The notes beneath the pieces are model-generated. The model made no database searches, was not told the origin of the DNA, and worked only from the letters and a program-made list of their open reading frames with translations. Shown in pieces: positions 8,207-15,314 of a stretch of 32,000 nucleotides of DNA. Numbering within the stretch: position 1 is the first letter of the stretch; the number at the start of each line of letters is the position of its first letter. The stretch spans positions 428,060-460,059 of the forward strand of contig CBDBCR010000001.1 in assembly GCA_965203465.1 (NCBI GenBank), given 5' to 3'. The position numbers and the translations under genes are program-made. The DNA comes from Nitrosopumilaceae archaeon. Lineage in GTDB: Archaea; Thermoproteota; Nitrososphaeria; Nitrososphaerales; Nitrosopumilaceae.

Positions 8207-8617
8207 ATGTCCAAACTGCAGACGACAACCGTGGACAAAAAAAGGCCGGGTAAAATACCCAAGATTCTGTTGGAAAATCTGGGGCTGGAGGCGCCTGCGA
8301 CTCTTGCCATTGGGATTGAAGGCGGCTCGATTGTGATGACGCTGCACCCGACACCAGGCGAACCCGCATCGCGCCGACTCAAGCAATTTGTAGAAAAAGA
8401 AACGATCTCCGACAGGATCGCAGAGCTCGTAGACGGTGCAAGCGGACAAGACCCGAAGCACCGGGGTTCAAAAGACGAGCTGCGCGACATAATGGAGTTG
8501 CTGGGCATGGACGACGACGGAGACGTGCCGGAAACCATCGAGGGCTTGATAAAAGATTGCGCAAAAGAGGGCGAAAATTCTTTAGACATTGTGCGATCCG
8601 TCAGAAATCGCATCTGA
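8207..8617 (+). CDS. AbrB/SpoVT (MazE-like) DNA-binding domain protein with acidic C-terminal extension
   Basis: Track ORF 8135..8617. The start was moved to ATG 8207 because ATG 8135 lies inside the repeat element and AAAATAT lies ~27 nt upstream of 8207. N-terminus KIPKILLENLGLEAPATLAIGIEGGSIVMTLHP looks like an AbrB swapped-hairpin. Codon usage is AT-richer than in neighbouring genes. Confidence 0.6.
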   Translation: MSKLQTTTVDKKRPGKIPKILLENLGLEAPATLAIGIEGGSIVMTLHPTPGEPASRRLKQFVEKETISDRIAELVDGASGQDPKHRGSKDELRDIMELLGMDDDGDVPETIEGLIKDCAKEGENSLDIVRSVRNRI

Positions 8618-9044
8618 CAAGCAACGCGAATATTGCGACACCGTCTGGGGCAACGGACAAGACTCACACCGGAGCTCGGCCAACCGTCGCAGCAAAACGC
8701 GAAATTGCCGTCGAGACAAAGACACTTGCGCGGGACGAAAAACCGCGGCAAGCTTGAATTCCGCGCACCGGAATCGCCCTTGACCGCGCACCACGGGCAG
8801 GTTTTGTCAAAGATCACCACGCAACCAGTTCTAACAAAAGCCGACGCCCGGAAGCGCCGATACTCGAGTCTGGGGCCCGCAGACATCGAGCATGCGTATC
8901 TTGCACGCCGGGCGGGATCTGGCTTTCACGCGACGGACGGCTCTTTCGAGCACTTGGCCGATCCAGACCTTGAACACATGTCGTTTCACGCATTGGAGAG
9001 GCAAAGCCCGGCCCAAAAACGCCCGTCGAGCCTGAACGGGCCGG

Positions 9045-10034
9045 CTAGTCTTCCAGCTGGTAGCCGCCCAGCCCCCAGTCGTAGCTGGCGTCGGGCACGT
9101 CCCAGTCGAGCGTCTTCGACGATGGTATGGCGCCGAGCGGATCGTACGCGTCGAACTTTGCCAGGCTCTGCGCGCCTGCCAGCAGGGCTATCCCGGAGCG
9201 GCCGGTCCCCGACTCCACCACGGTGGCCGCGCCCTCGCCCGCGCCGCGCCCCGTCTCGGAGAGCACCCTGAGCATGCCGGCCGGCACGCCGTCGCCCATC
9301 ACGTGCACCGCAGAGCCCGAGACCGAGCCGGGCGCCACGCTCCCGTACAGCGTGCTCAGCGCGTCGCGCAAAGCTTCGCGCGGCTCCAGGCCGCCGCGCG
9401 AGGGGGCCAGCACGCCGTCGCCCTGCGGGGCGGATCTGTCCCTGAGCGAGGCGGCGATGGCGCGCACGGCCGGATCCGACAGCCTGCAGCACGACCTGGC
9501 CGACAGGTCGGGGTTGCACTCTGCCACCGCGTCGTTGTCTATTATGACGGTGCACGAAGAGGCGGCCCTGAGACGCCTGAGGGCCACGCCCGAGCCGAAC
9601 ACCCTGTCCTTTTCGTGGGCGAACGGCATGATGGCCAGCGTGACCAGCGTCCTGCCTCCGAAGAGCGGGGCTATCAGCGGCCCGAGCGCCTGCCCGGAGC
9701 GGCCGGCCAGGTTGGCCACGAGCACGGCGGTGTGGTACTTTGAGAGGCGATCGGATATCTCACCCATCGCGGCCCCCGCGTACCCGCGTATGGCCCCGGC
9801 GGAGGGGTTGACCAGCGGCCCGGTGCCTACGCGGATGCCGCCGGGCCCCAAGTCTGCAGGATCGGGGCTGACAAGCACGGGCTCGGCGCCGAGGGCCTCG
9901 GCTACGAGCGGCGCGAGGCGCGCGCCGGCGCCCCCTATGCCGATCGCAGCTGCGGGCTCGCCTATCTGGTAATCCAACGCCGGGCCCTCCCCGTTTCGGA
10001 TAAAAAACCTTGTTGTGGCCCGGGATCTGACCAT
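9045..10034 (-). CDS. ftsZ: FtsZ/tubulin-family paralogue with degenerate GTP-binding signature
   Basis: ORF track 329 aa. IGIGGAGARL corresponds to FtsZ GxGGxG. VLVANLAGRSGQALGPLIA sits where GGGTGTG is expected. IIDND is also present. Start is 3 nt after the upstream stop. Confidence 0.7.
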   Translation of the reverse strand: MVRSRATTRFFIRNGEGPALDYQIGEPAAAIGIGGAGARLAPLVAEALGAEPVLVSPDPADLGPGGIRVGTGPLVNPSAGAIRGYAGAAMGEISDRLSKYHTAVLVANLAGRSGQALGPLIAPLFGGRTLVTLAIMPFAHEKDRVFGSGVALRRLRAASSCTVIIDNDAVAECNPDLSARSCCRLSDPAVRAIAASLRDRSAPQGDGVLAPSRGGLEPREALRDALSTLYGSVAPGSVSGSAVHVMGDGVPAGMLRVLSETGRGAGEGAATVVESGTGRSGIALLAGAQSLAKFDAYDPLGAIPSSKTLDWDVPDASYDWGLGGYQLED

Positions 10035-10037
10035 TGT

Positions 10038-11291
10038 CTAATTTTCTCGACAAAGGCGCCCGGCCAGCCCGTGGGCCGAGGCCCCGGTGATCTCGACGGT
10101 GTGCGTGCCCTCGGGGGCCCCCTCGGCCAGGACGGGCCTGTAGGCGGGGGTGCGCCCCTTTTGGCCCGCGAACAGGACGGGCCCGCGCCACCCCACCCAC
10201 GCCCTGTTGCTCTCGAGGGATATGCGCTCGGCCTCGGCGGCGGCCATGCGGCTCCTCTCGGATATGGCCGCGTGCGGCACCTGCTCCCTGCCGGCGGCCT
10301 CGGTGCCGGGCCTCCTGCTGTACTTTGAGAGGTTCACGATGTCGGGCCTCGTCTCCCTGATCAGATCCAGGGTCTGCCGGAACTCCGCGTCAGTCTCGGA
10401 CGGGAACCCGGCTATGATGTCCGTAGAGAGGGTGAACCGCTCGAACCTCTTCCTCGCCTCCGAGGCGGCCTTCCTGAAGGCGCCGGCCGTGTGCCCGCGC
10501 GCCATCTCGCGCAGCACCCTGTCGCTGCCCGACTGGACGGGCACGTGCAGGAACTTGTACACCTTTGGGTGGTCCATAGCCTCGAGCAGCCTCTCGCGTA
10601 TGCGCGGCATGTACATGGGGTTCATCATGCCGACCCTTATCATGAACTCGCCGGGCACCGCGCGCACGCGCTCGACCAGCTCGGGCAGGTCTGTTCCTAT
10701 GTCGAGGCCGTAGCACCCGTTGTCCGTCGAGGTGAGCCAGATCTCGCGGCACCCGTCGCGCACGTCGCGCTCGACCTGCTCCGCTATGCGGCCGGGCCGG
10801 TAGCTGCGCAGGCCGCCCTTTGCAAGCTTTGTCTGGCAGAACGTGCACTCGCTCATGCAGCCGCTGGCGATCTCGACGATGCCCACCGAGCGGTTCAGCC
10901 TGAGCCTCGGCAGGGCCGTCTTTTCGGCGCCCGTATCCTCCAGCGCGACAGTCCGCCTGCCCTCCAGCGCCGAATTGACAACCTCGAGGGCCCTGCTTAC
11001 GGCGCCGGGCCCCATCAGGCTGGCCGAGCCGGCCGCCCTGCTGACCGTCTGCGGCTCGGCCTTTGCCATGCAGCCGGCCACGACCAGCGGCCGCGAGCCC
11101 AGCTTGCGCACGCGGTGCATCATCCTGCCGGCGGTCGCGTCCTTTACGGAGCAGGTCACCACGAGGCTCAGATCCGCCTCCTCGGCCGAGCCCGCCATCG
11201 AGTGGCCCCCGCCCGCCAAGATCCCCGCGATCGCCTCCGAATCCGCATAGCTTGCAGAGCAGCCGTACGCCTCTATCCATATGCGGGCCAT
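10038..11291 (-). CDS. Radical-SAM methylthiotransferase, MiaB/MtaB (CDKAL1-like) family
   Basis: Internal ATG of track ORF 10038..12431. MARIWIEAYGCSASYADSE is an UPF0004-type N-terminus. The CMSECTFC radical-SAM CxxxCxxC motif and a TRAM-like C-terminus are present. Start is 2 nt after the upstream stop. Confidence 0.8.
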   Translation of the reverse strand: MARIWIEAYGCSASYADSEAIAGILAGGGHSMAGSAEEADLSLVVTCSVKDATAGRMMHRVRKLGSRPLVVAGCMAKAEPQTVSRAAGSASLMGPGAVSRALEVVNSALEGRRTVALEDTGAEKTALPRLRLNRSVGIVEIASGCMSECTFCQTKLAKGGLRSYRPGRIAEQVERDVRDGCREIWLTSTDNGCYGLDIGTDLPELVERVRAVPGEFMIRVGMMNPMYMPRIRERLLEAMDHPKVYKFLHVPVQSGSDRVLREMARGHTAGAFRKAASEARKRFERFTLSTDIIAGFPSETDAEFRQTLDLIRETRPDIVNLSKYSRRPGTEAAGREQVPHAAISERSRMAAAEAERISLESNRAWVGWRGPVLFAGQKGRTPAYRPVLAEGAPEGTHTVEITGASAHGLAGRLCREN

Positions 11292-11293
11292 GG

Positions 11294-12661
11294 CTACCTC
11301 AGCGCCGCGTCCAGCTCGGGCTTGCCCACCATCTTCTTCTCCAGGACCAGGCTCCGCACGGTCTTGCCGGTGGCCAGGGATTCCTTGAACAGCTGGGCCG
11401 CCTTCTGGTACCCTATCAGGGGGGCAAGCAGGGTGACCGTGAGCGGGCTGCGCTCCACGCCTTCTGCCAGCTTTTTTCTGTCGGCGCCCAGCCCGTCTAT
11501 CAGGTTGGACGCAAAGACGGGCACGAAGTTGGAGAGCATATCCGTCGAGTCGAGCACGGCCCGCAGCATGCCGGGCAGCATCACGTTGAGCTCGAACTGC
11601 CCCGCCGCCGCGGCCTGCGCGGCGGCAGCGTCGTTGCCGGCGACGGCGAAGCAGACCATGTTCATCGATTCTGCGAGAGACGGGTTGACCTTGCCGGGCA
11701 TTATCGAAGAGCCCGCGTGCACCGCCGGTATCTGAAGCTCCGCCAGACCCTCGAGCGGGCCAGAGGCCATCAGGCGCACGTCGCTTGCTATCCTGCCTAT
11801 CTCGGAGGCCAGGCAGCGCAGGGCCGCCGAAGCCGAGGCCACCGCGAGCCTGCTCTGCAGCGCGTACTGCATGTCCGGCTCGGGGATCAGCGGCAGCTTT
11901 GAGATCCGGGCAAGCTCGGCCACGGCCCTCTTCCTGTAGCCTCGCGGCGCGTTGGCCCCGGTGCCGACCGCCGTGCCGCCCAGCGCGACGCGGCGCAGCT
12001 CCTTCCTTGACGCGTCGAGCGCCGACGAGGCCCTCGAGACGGCCGTCGCGTACGCGCCGAACTCGCCGCCGAGGCTGACGGGCAACGCGTCCATCAGGTG
12101 CGTGCGGCCCACCTTTCTGTGCCCGGCGAACCTGCGCGCCGCGCGCCGCAGCGACGAGCTCAGCTTTTCGGATGCCTCCAGCACCCGGCCTGCGCCGAAC
12201 AGCACCGAGACGTGCATGGCGGTCGGGAACGTGTCGTTGCTCGACTGCGACATGTTGACGTGGTCGTTTGGGTGGAGCTTTTCGTACTGGCCCTTCCTGC
12301 CGCCCATGTGCTCCAGGGCCGCGTTGGCCAGGACCTCGTTGACGTTCATGTTGACGGCCGTGCCGGCGCCGGAGTTTATCGCGTCTACGGCAAACTGCCC
12401 GTCCAGCCTGCCGGCAAGGGCGTCGTCGCACGCCTTTTTTATCGCGCGGCCCCTCTTGGCGTCCAGCGCGCCGACCGCCACGTTGGCGGAGGCAGCAGAG
12501 CGCTTTATCATGACGAAGGCCCTTACCAGGTCGGGGTGCGACGGCCTGCCCGAGGCGGTGTACTGGCCCAGGGCCCTCTGGGTGAACGGCCCCCAGTACG
12601 CGCCTGCCGGCACGCGCACCCTCCCCAGCGAGTCCTCGTCGATCCTGTACCCGCCGGCCAC
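11294..12661 (-). CDS. Class II fumarate hydratase / aspartate ammonia-lyase family enzyme
   Basis: C-terminal 455 aa of track ORF 11294..13153. The GSSIMPGKVNP lyase signature is present. Start was set to GTG 12661, with AATATATGT box ~26 nt upstream. Confidence 0.85.
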   Translation of the reverse strand: MAGGYRIDEDSLGRVRVPAGAYWGPFTQRALGQYTASGRPSHPDLVRAFVMIKRSAASANVAVGALDAKRGRAIKKACDDALAGRLDGQFAVDAINSGAGTAVNMNVNEVLANAALEHMGGRKGQYEKLHPNDHVNMSQSSNDTFPTAMHVSVLFGAGRVLEASEKLSSSLRRAARRFAGHRKVGRTHLMDALPVSLGGEFGAYATAVSRASSALDASRKELRRVALGGTAVGTGANAPRGYRKRAVAELARISKLPLIPEPDMQYALQSRLAVASASAALRCLASEIGRIASDVRLMASGPLEGLAELQIPAVHAGSSIMPGKVNPSLAESMNMVCFAVAGNDAAAAQAAAAGQFELNVMLPGMLRAVLDSTDMLSNFVPVFASNLIDGLGADRKKLAEGVERSPLTVTLLAPLIGYQKAAQLFKESLATGKTVRSLVLEKKMVGKPELDAALR

Positions 12662-12682
12662 GCGCCGGCCGGAGGGGGGCTT

Positions 12683-12691
12683 ACATATATT
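12683..12691 (-). promoter_or_regulatory. TATA-like box for the fumarase operon
   Basis: ACATATATT on the plus strand, centred ~26 nt from GTG 12661. Confidence 0.5.
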
Positions 12692-12722
12692 GCCAGCTCG
12701 GCGCCGGTTCCAAAATTGTATT

Positions 12723-12732
12723 CTATATATTA
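12723..12732 (+). promoter_or_regulatory. TATA-like box for the NirK-family gene
   Basis: CTATATATTA, centred ~27 nt upstream of ATG 12755. Confidence 0.5.
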
Positions 12733-12754
12733 CGCCGCCCGCCCGCGGCGGCCA

Positions 12755-14161
12755 ATGAATAGACGTACTAGCATGGTGTTCACCATCGCCGCGGTAGCGG
12801 CAATGGGAGCAACGCTGTTCGGAGGCACGTTCACTCAGTCCGCCGCGTCCGGCGCCGCCCTCGGCAAAGACACCGAGGCGGCCCACCAGATGGGCGGCCT
12901 CGAGCTCGTGATGCCGAGCGCGTTTGCCAGCACGCACTGTGAAAACGTAGACACGATGGGCCGCAACGTGGTAGAGGCAAATCTGGTCGGTGTCAGCGTC
13001 GAGCTGCCCATCATGGGAGGCAAGACGTACAGCGCGATGACCTTCAACGAGCAGGTCCCCGGACCTACCGTGAGGGCCACGCAGGGCGACGTCATAAAGA
13101 TGACGCTCACCGTACCCGAAGACGAGCTCACCGCGCACGGAAACGACATGCACGCCTCGCAGATAAGCGGCGCCAACTTCGGCGCCGTCCAGCCGGGCGA
13201 GTCAAAGACCTACTGCTTCATCGCGGAGGTCCCCGGCGTGTTCAAGTACCACTGCTCCGGCATAGACCTGGCCGCAATGGATCAGCACGTGTTCTCTGGC
13301 ATGTACGGCATAACCATAGTCGATCCGCTCGACGGCTACAAAAAGCTGATGACGGAAAAGACGATGGTGGAGAACGGGCGGATCAAGATAGATCGCCAGT
13401 TCGTAGAGCCCGACGCGCTAGAGTTCCAGCTCCAGTACAACGAACTGTACCTCAACGACGACGGCGGCTACGACATGAACAAGATGTTCGACCACGATCT
13501 GGCACAGACGGTGGTCAACGGCTTGGCGTTTTCGTACCTGCCCAACGAGATCCACAACACGCTGATCAACGGCGACCCGCGCAGGGACGTCACCATAGCG
13601 CAGGTGTGGAACTCTTCGGACCTCAACCAGTACCAGGCGCAGCTGCTCTTCGTTGAAGAGGATCAGCACGTCCGGTTCTTCGTGCAAAACCAGGGCCGCG
13701 AGTCCGTGTTTTGGCACATCGTCGGCGAGATCCTAGACAGGGTCACGCAGGGCAACAGGGTCCAGGCGCAGGGAACGGAGACGTGGCTGCTCGGCGGCTC
13801 GCAGAACATGATCGTTGATGTGGTATTCGACGAACCGGGCCACTACATAGCGGTCAACCACGACTATGCGGCCATATACCAGGGCGCCGCGACGGTCATC
13901 GTCGTAGGCGATCCGTTCGGCCTCAACCCGACACTGATGGATCTAGGCGTGATTGAATCTCCTGTACCTTCGTACGCGCACGTCATGGGCAACCCCACCG
14001 ACGCAATCCCGCCGATGGGCTCTCAGAGCGTAGCGCACCCCGCGCAGATACTCCACGGCCTGTACACCGACGATCGCGCAGCGCAGATACAGCAAGAGAC
14101 GGGCGCCCTTACGGGCAGCGCCGTCATGCAGATAGTCAACGACGCGCTGGCAGCTTCCTAG
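12755..14161 (+). CDS. nirK: Copper-containing nitrite reductase (NirK) family two-cupredoxin protein with signal peptide and extra C-terminal ~85 aa
   Basis: Internal ATG of track ORF 12098..14161. Motifs are HGNDMH (H-x2-D-x-H), YHC-x10-H-x4-M (YHCSGIDLAAMDQHVFSGMYG), WHIVGE and AVNHDYAAIYQGAATVIVV. N-terminus is MNRRTSMVFTIAAVAAMGATLF. Confidence 0.7.
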   Translation: MNRRTSMVFTIAAVAAMGATLFGGTFTQSAASGAALGKDTEAAHQMGGLELVMPSAFASTHCENVDTMGRNVVEANLVGVSVELPIMGGKTYSAMTFNEQVPGPTVRATQGDVIKMTLTVPEDELTAHGNDMHASQISGANFGAVQPGESKTYCFIAEVPGVFKYHCSGIDLAAMDQHVFSGMYGITIVDPLDGYKKLMTEKTMVENGRIKIDRQFVEPDALEFQLQYNELYLNDDGGYDMNKMFDHDLAQTVVNGLAFSYLPNEIHNTLINGDPRRDVTIAQVWNSSDLNQYQAQLLFVEEDQHVRFFVQNQGRESVFWHIVGEILDRVTQGNRVQAQGTETWLLGGSQNMIVDVVFDEPGHYIAVNHDYAAIYQGAATVIVVGDPFGLNPTLMDLGVIESPVPSYAHVMGNPTDAIPPMGSQSVAHPAQILHGLYTDDRAAQIQQETGALTGSAVMQIVNDALAAS

Positions 14162-14172
14162 GGTCTTTACCC

Positions 14173-14178
14173 TTTTTT
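14173..14178 (+). terminator. Oligo-T tract downstream of the NirK-family gene
   Basis: A T6 run starts 12 nt after the stop. Archaeal terminators are typically oligo-T. Confidence 0.4.
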
Positions 14179-14216
14179 AGACGCGCATGGCGGGCCGCCC
14201 CGCGCGCGGCTTTGTA

Positions 14217-14294
14217 TGGTGGGCCCGATGAGATTCGAACTCATGACCTTTCGATTATCAGTCGAACGCTCCAGCCAAGCTGAGCTACGAGCCC
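14217..14294 (-). tRNA. tRNA-Ile (anticodon GAT), CCA encoded
   Basis: Reverse complement reads GGGCTCGTAGCTCAGCTTGGCTGGAGCGTTCGACTGATAATCGAAAGGTCATGAGTTCGAATCTCATCGGGCCCACCA. It folds as a full cloverleaf with anticodon loop CTGATAA. TATA-like box lies ~29 nt upstream. Confidence 0.9.
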
Positions 14295-14326
14295 ACGGGG
14301 GCGGGCGGGGCCGGCCGGATTTAAGT

Positions 14327-14869
14327 CTAATTTGCCGGCTTCCACTTTATCGAGCAGCCGATCGAGGGATCAAAGTCCTTCTCTATGGGCCTGCCGGCAA
14401 GCAGGCTCTCTATGTTGGCCTCCATGGTCATTTCGGAGGCCTGCGCCTCGGGAGTCGCCGCGTCGTCTAGCCTGCCGTGGAAGACCAGCCTGCGGCCCGC
14501 GTCGAACAGGAACGGATCCGGCGTGCAGGTGGCCCCGTAGGCCCTGGCCGTCTCCTGCGTCTGGTCTGCCAGGTAGTCTATGCCGAGATCCATTTTTTTC
14601 ATGGCCTCGAAAGAGTCCTCCGGGTATGCCTGCGCGTCGTTGCTGTTTATCCCCACGATGTCTATTTTGCCGCCGAACTTTCCTGCCAGCCTGCGTATCT
14701 CGGGGATCTTTGCCTTTACGTAGGGGCAGTGGTTGCACATGAATATGACTAGCAGGCCGGCCTTGCCGTACTCGGAGAGCCTGTGGTCTTTTCCGTCGGT
14801 CCCGGGAAGCTCGAACGGGGGGGCCGCGTCGCCCGCCGACAGCTTTGTCTGGGATTCGAGAAGCACCAC
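14327..14869 (-). CDS. Thioredoxin-fold thiol-disulfide oxidoreductase (redoxin/AhpC-TSA-like, CNHC active site)
   Basis: Track ORF 14327..14908, FMCNHCPYV motif. Start was moved to GTG 14869 because TTTTTAT lies ~26 nt upstream of it and would overlap the track's TTG start. Confidence 0.75.
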   Translation of the reverse strand: MVLLESQTKLSAGDAAPPFELPGTDGKDHRLSEYGKAGLLVIFMCNHCPYVKAKIPEIRRLAGKFGGKIDIVGINSNDAQAYPEDSFEAMKKMDLGIDYLADQTQETARAYGATCTPDPFLFDAGRRLVFHGRLDDAATPEAQASEMTMEANIESLLAGRPIEKDFDPSIGCSIKWKPAN

Positions 14870-14891
14870 GGCGCCGCCCGGCGGCCTGCTA

Positions 14892-14898
14892 CATAAAA
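14892..14898 (-). promoter_or_regulatory. TATA-like box for the redoxin gene
   Basis: ATAAAAA on the plus strand, ~26 nt from GTG 14869. Confidence 0.45.
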
Positions 14899-14910
14899 AC
14901 CGTGACAAAG

Positions 14911-14918
14911 CAATAAAA
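14911..14918 (+). promoter_or_regulatory. TATA-like box for tRNA-Ala
   Basis: AATAAAAC, centred ~28 nt upstream of the tRNA 5' end at 14943. Confidence 0.5.
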
Positions 14919-14942
14919 CCGGCCAGCGCCGGGCGCCGCCGT

Positions 14943-15016
14943 GGGCTGGTAGTATAGCCTGGTAGTATACCCGCCTTGCACGCGGGGGGTCATGGGTTCG
15001 AATCCCGTCCAGTCCA
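14943..15016 (+). tRNA. tRNA-Ala (anticodon TGC)
   Basis: GGGCTGGTAGTATAGCCTGGTAGTATACCCGCCTTGCACGCGGGGGGTCATGGGTTCGAATCCCGTCCAGTCCA. It forms a cloverleaf with the G3:U70 Ala identity pair and anticodon loop CTTGCAC. No CCA is encoded. Confidence 0.9.
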
Positions 15017-15028
15017 TTTCCCTTGTCC

Positions 15029-15038
15029 CTTTTATCGG
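15029..15038 (+). promoter_or_regulatory. TATA-like box (CTTTTATCGG) for the 15059 unit
   Basis: Centred ~26 nt upstream of ATG 15059. Confidence 0.4.
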
Positions 15039-15058
15039 ATGTTTCCGGGTGGCAGTCG

Positions 15059-15256
15059 ATGAAGATAACGCGCGCAGAGTTCGAAAGGACGGGCGGGCGG
15101 GCCTGCCGGAGAAACCCGCCTCGGATCCGGGCGTCTTGGAAGTACCCGCCCGGAATTTTGGGCGGGGTGGACTCGGGGCCAGCCGGCAGCACCGGCACCC
15201 GGACCGCCGGAGATCTAAGGCGGCGGCCCTCGCCTGGGGCGGCCGCCCGGCCGTAG
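15059..15256 (+). other. Small TATA-driven transcription unit: 65-aa Arg/Gly/Pro-rich micro-ORF or a structured ncRNA
   Basis: ATG 15059 is in frame within track ORF 15023..15256. GC3 is high by hand count, but the peptide (MKITRAEFERTGGRACRRNPPRIRASW...) is low-complexity. The region contains perfect hairpins (CCCGCCC-GGAATTTT-GGGCGGG; CGCCCC-GGAA-GGGGCG) followed by T6 at 15284-15289. Confidence 0.3.
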
Positions 15257-15314
15257 TCCGGCACGCCCCGGAAGGGGGCGAAGTTTTTTACTAGGGTACC
15301 TGAGGGTGCGGTAC

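Noticed and set aside
8185-8886. 233-aa minus-strand ORF antisense to the AbrB-like gene
   Set aside because: No recognisable domain and Cys/Ser/Pro-rich irregular sequence. It is antisense to an ORF with an AbrB-like N-terminus and correct TATA spacing. It is kept only as a caveat, because this island is poorly explained.
11292-12431. N-terminal 380 aa of track ORF 10038..12431 and the upstream part (12662-13153) of 11294..13153
   Set aside because: Over-extensions through the neighbouring gene in another frame. Homology begins at MARIWIEAYGC (ATG 11291) and at GTG 12661, and each has a stop-adjacent or TATA-supported start.
14216-14470. 84-aa plus ORF and 171-aa minus ORF (14749..15264) overlapping the tRNAs
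   Set aside because: They run through tRNA-Ile and tRNA-Ala sequences and through the redoxin gene's antisense strand, so they are spurious.
15284-15289. T6 run as a dedicated terminator
   Set aside because: Ambiguous. The same T-rich block sits 26 nt upstream of ATG 15315 and fits the TATA-spacing rule, so it is not listed as a terminator feature.
15017-15300. Hypothesis that the structured region after tRNA-Ala is SRP (7S) RNA or RNase P RNA
   Set aside because: The GGAA-capped hairpin lacks the flanking AGCA/GGAAG helix-8 motif of SRP RNA. No GAGGAAAGUCC or ACAGAA...GGCUUA RNase P conserved regions were found. It is left as an unassigned candidate.
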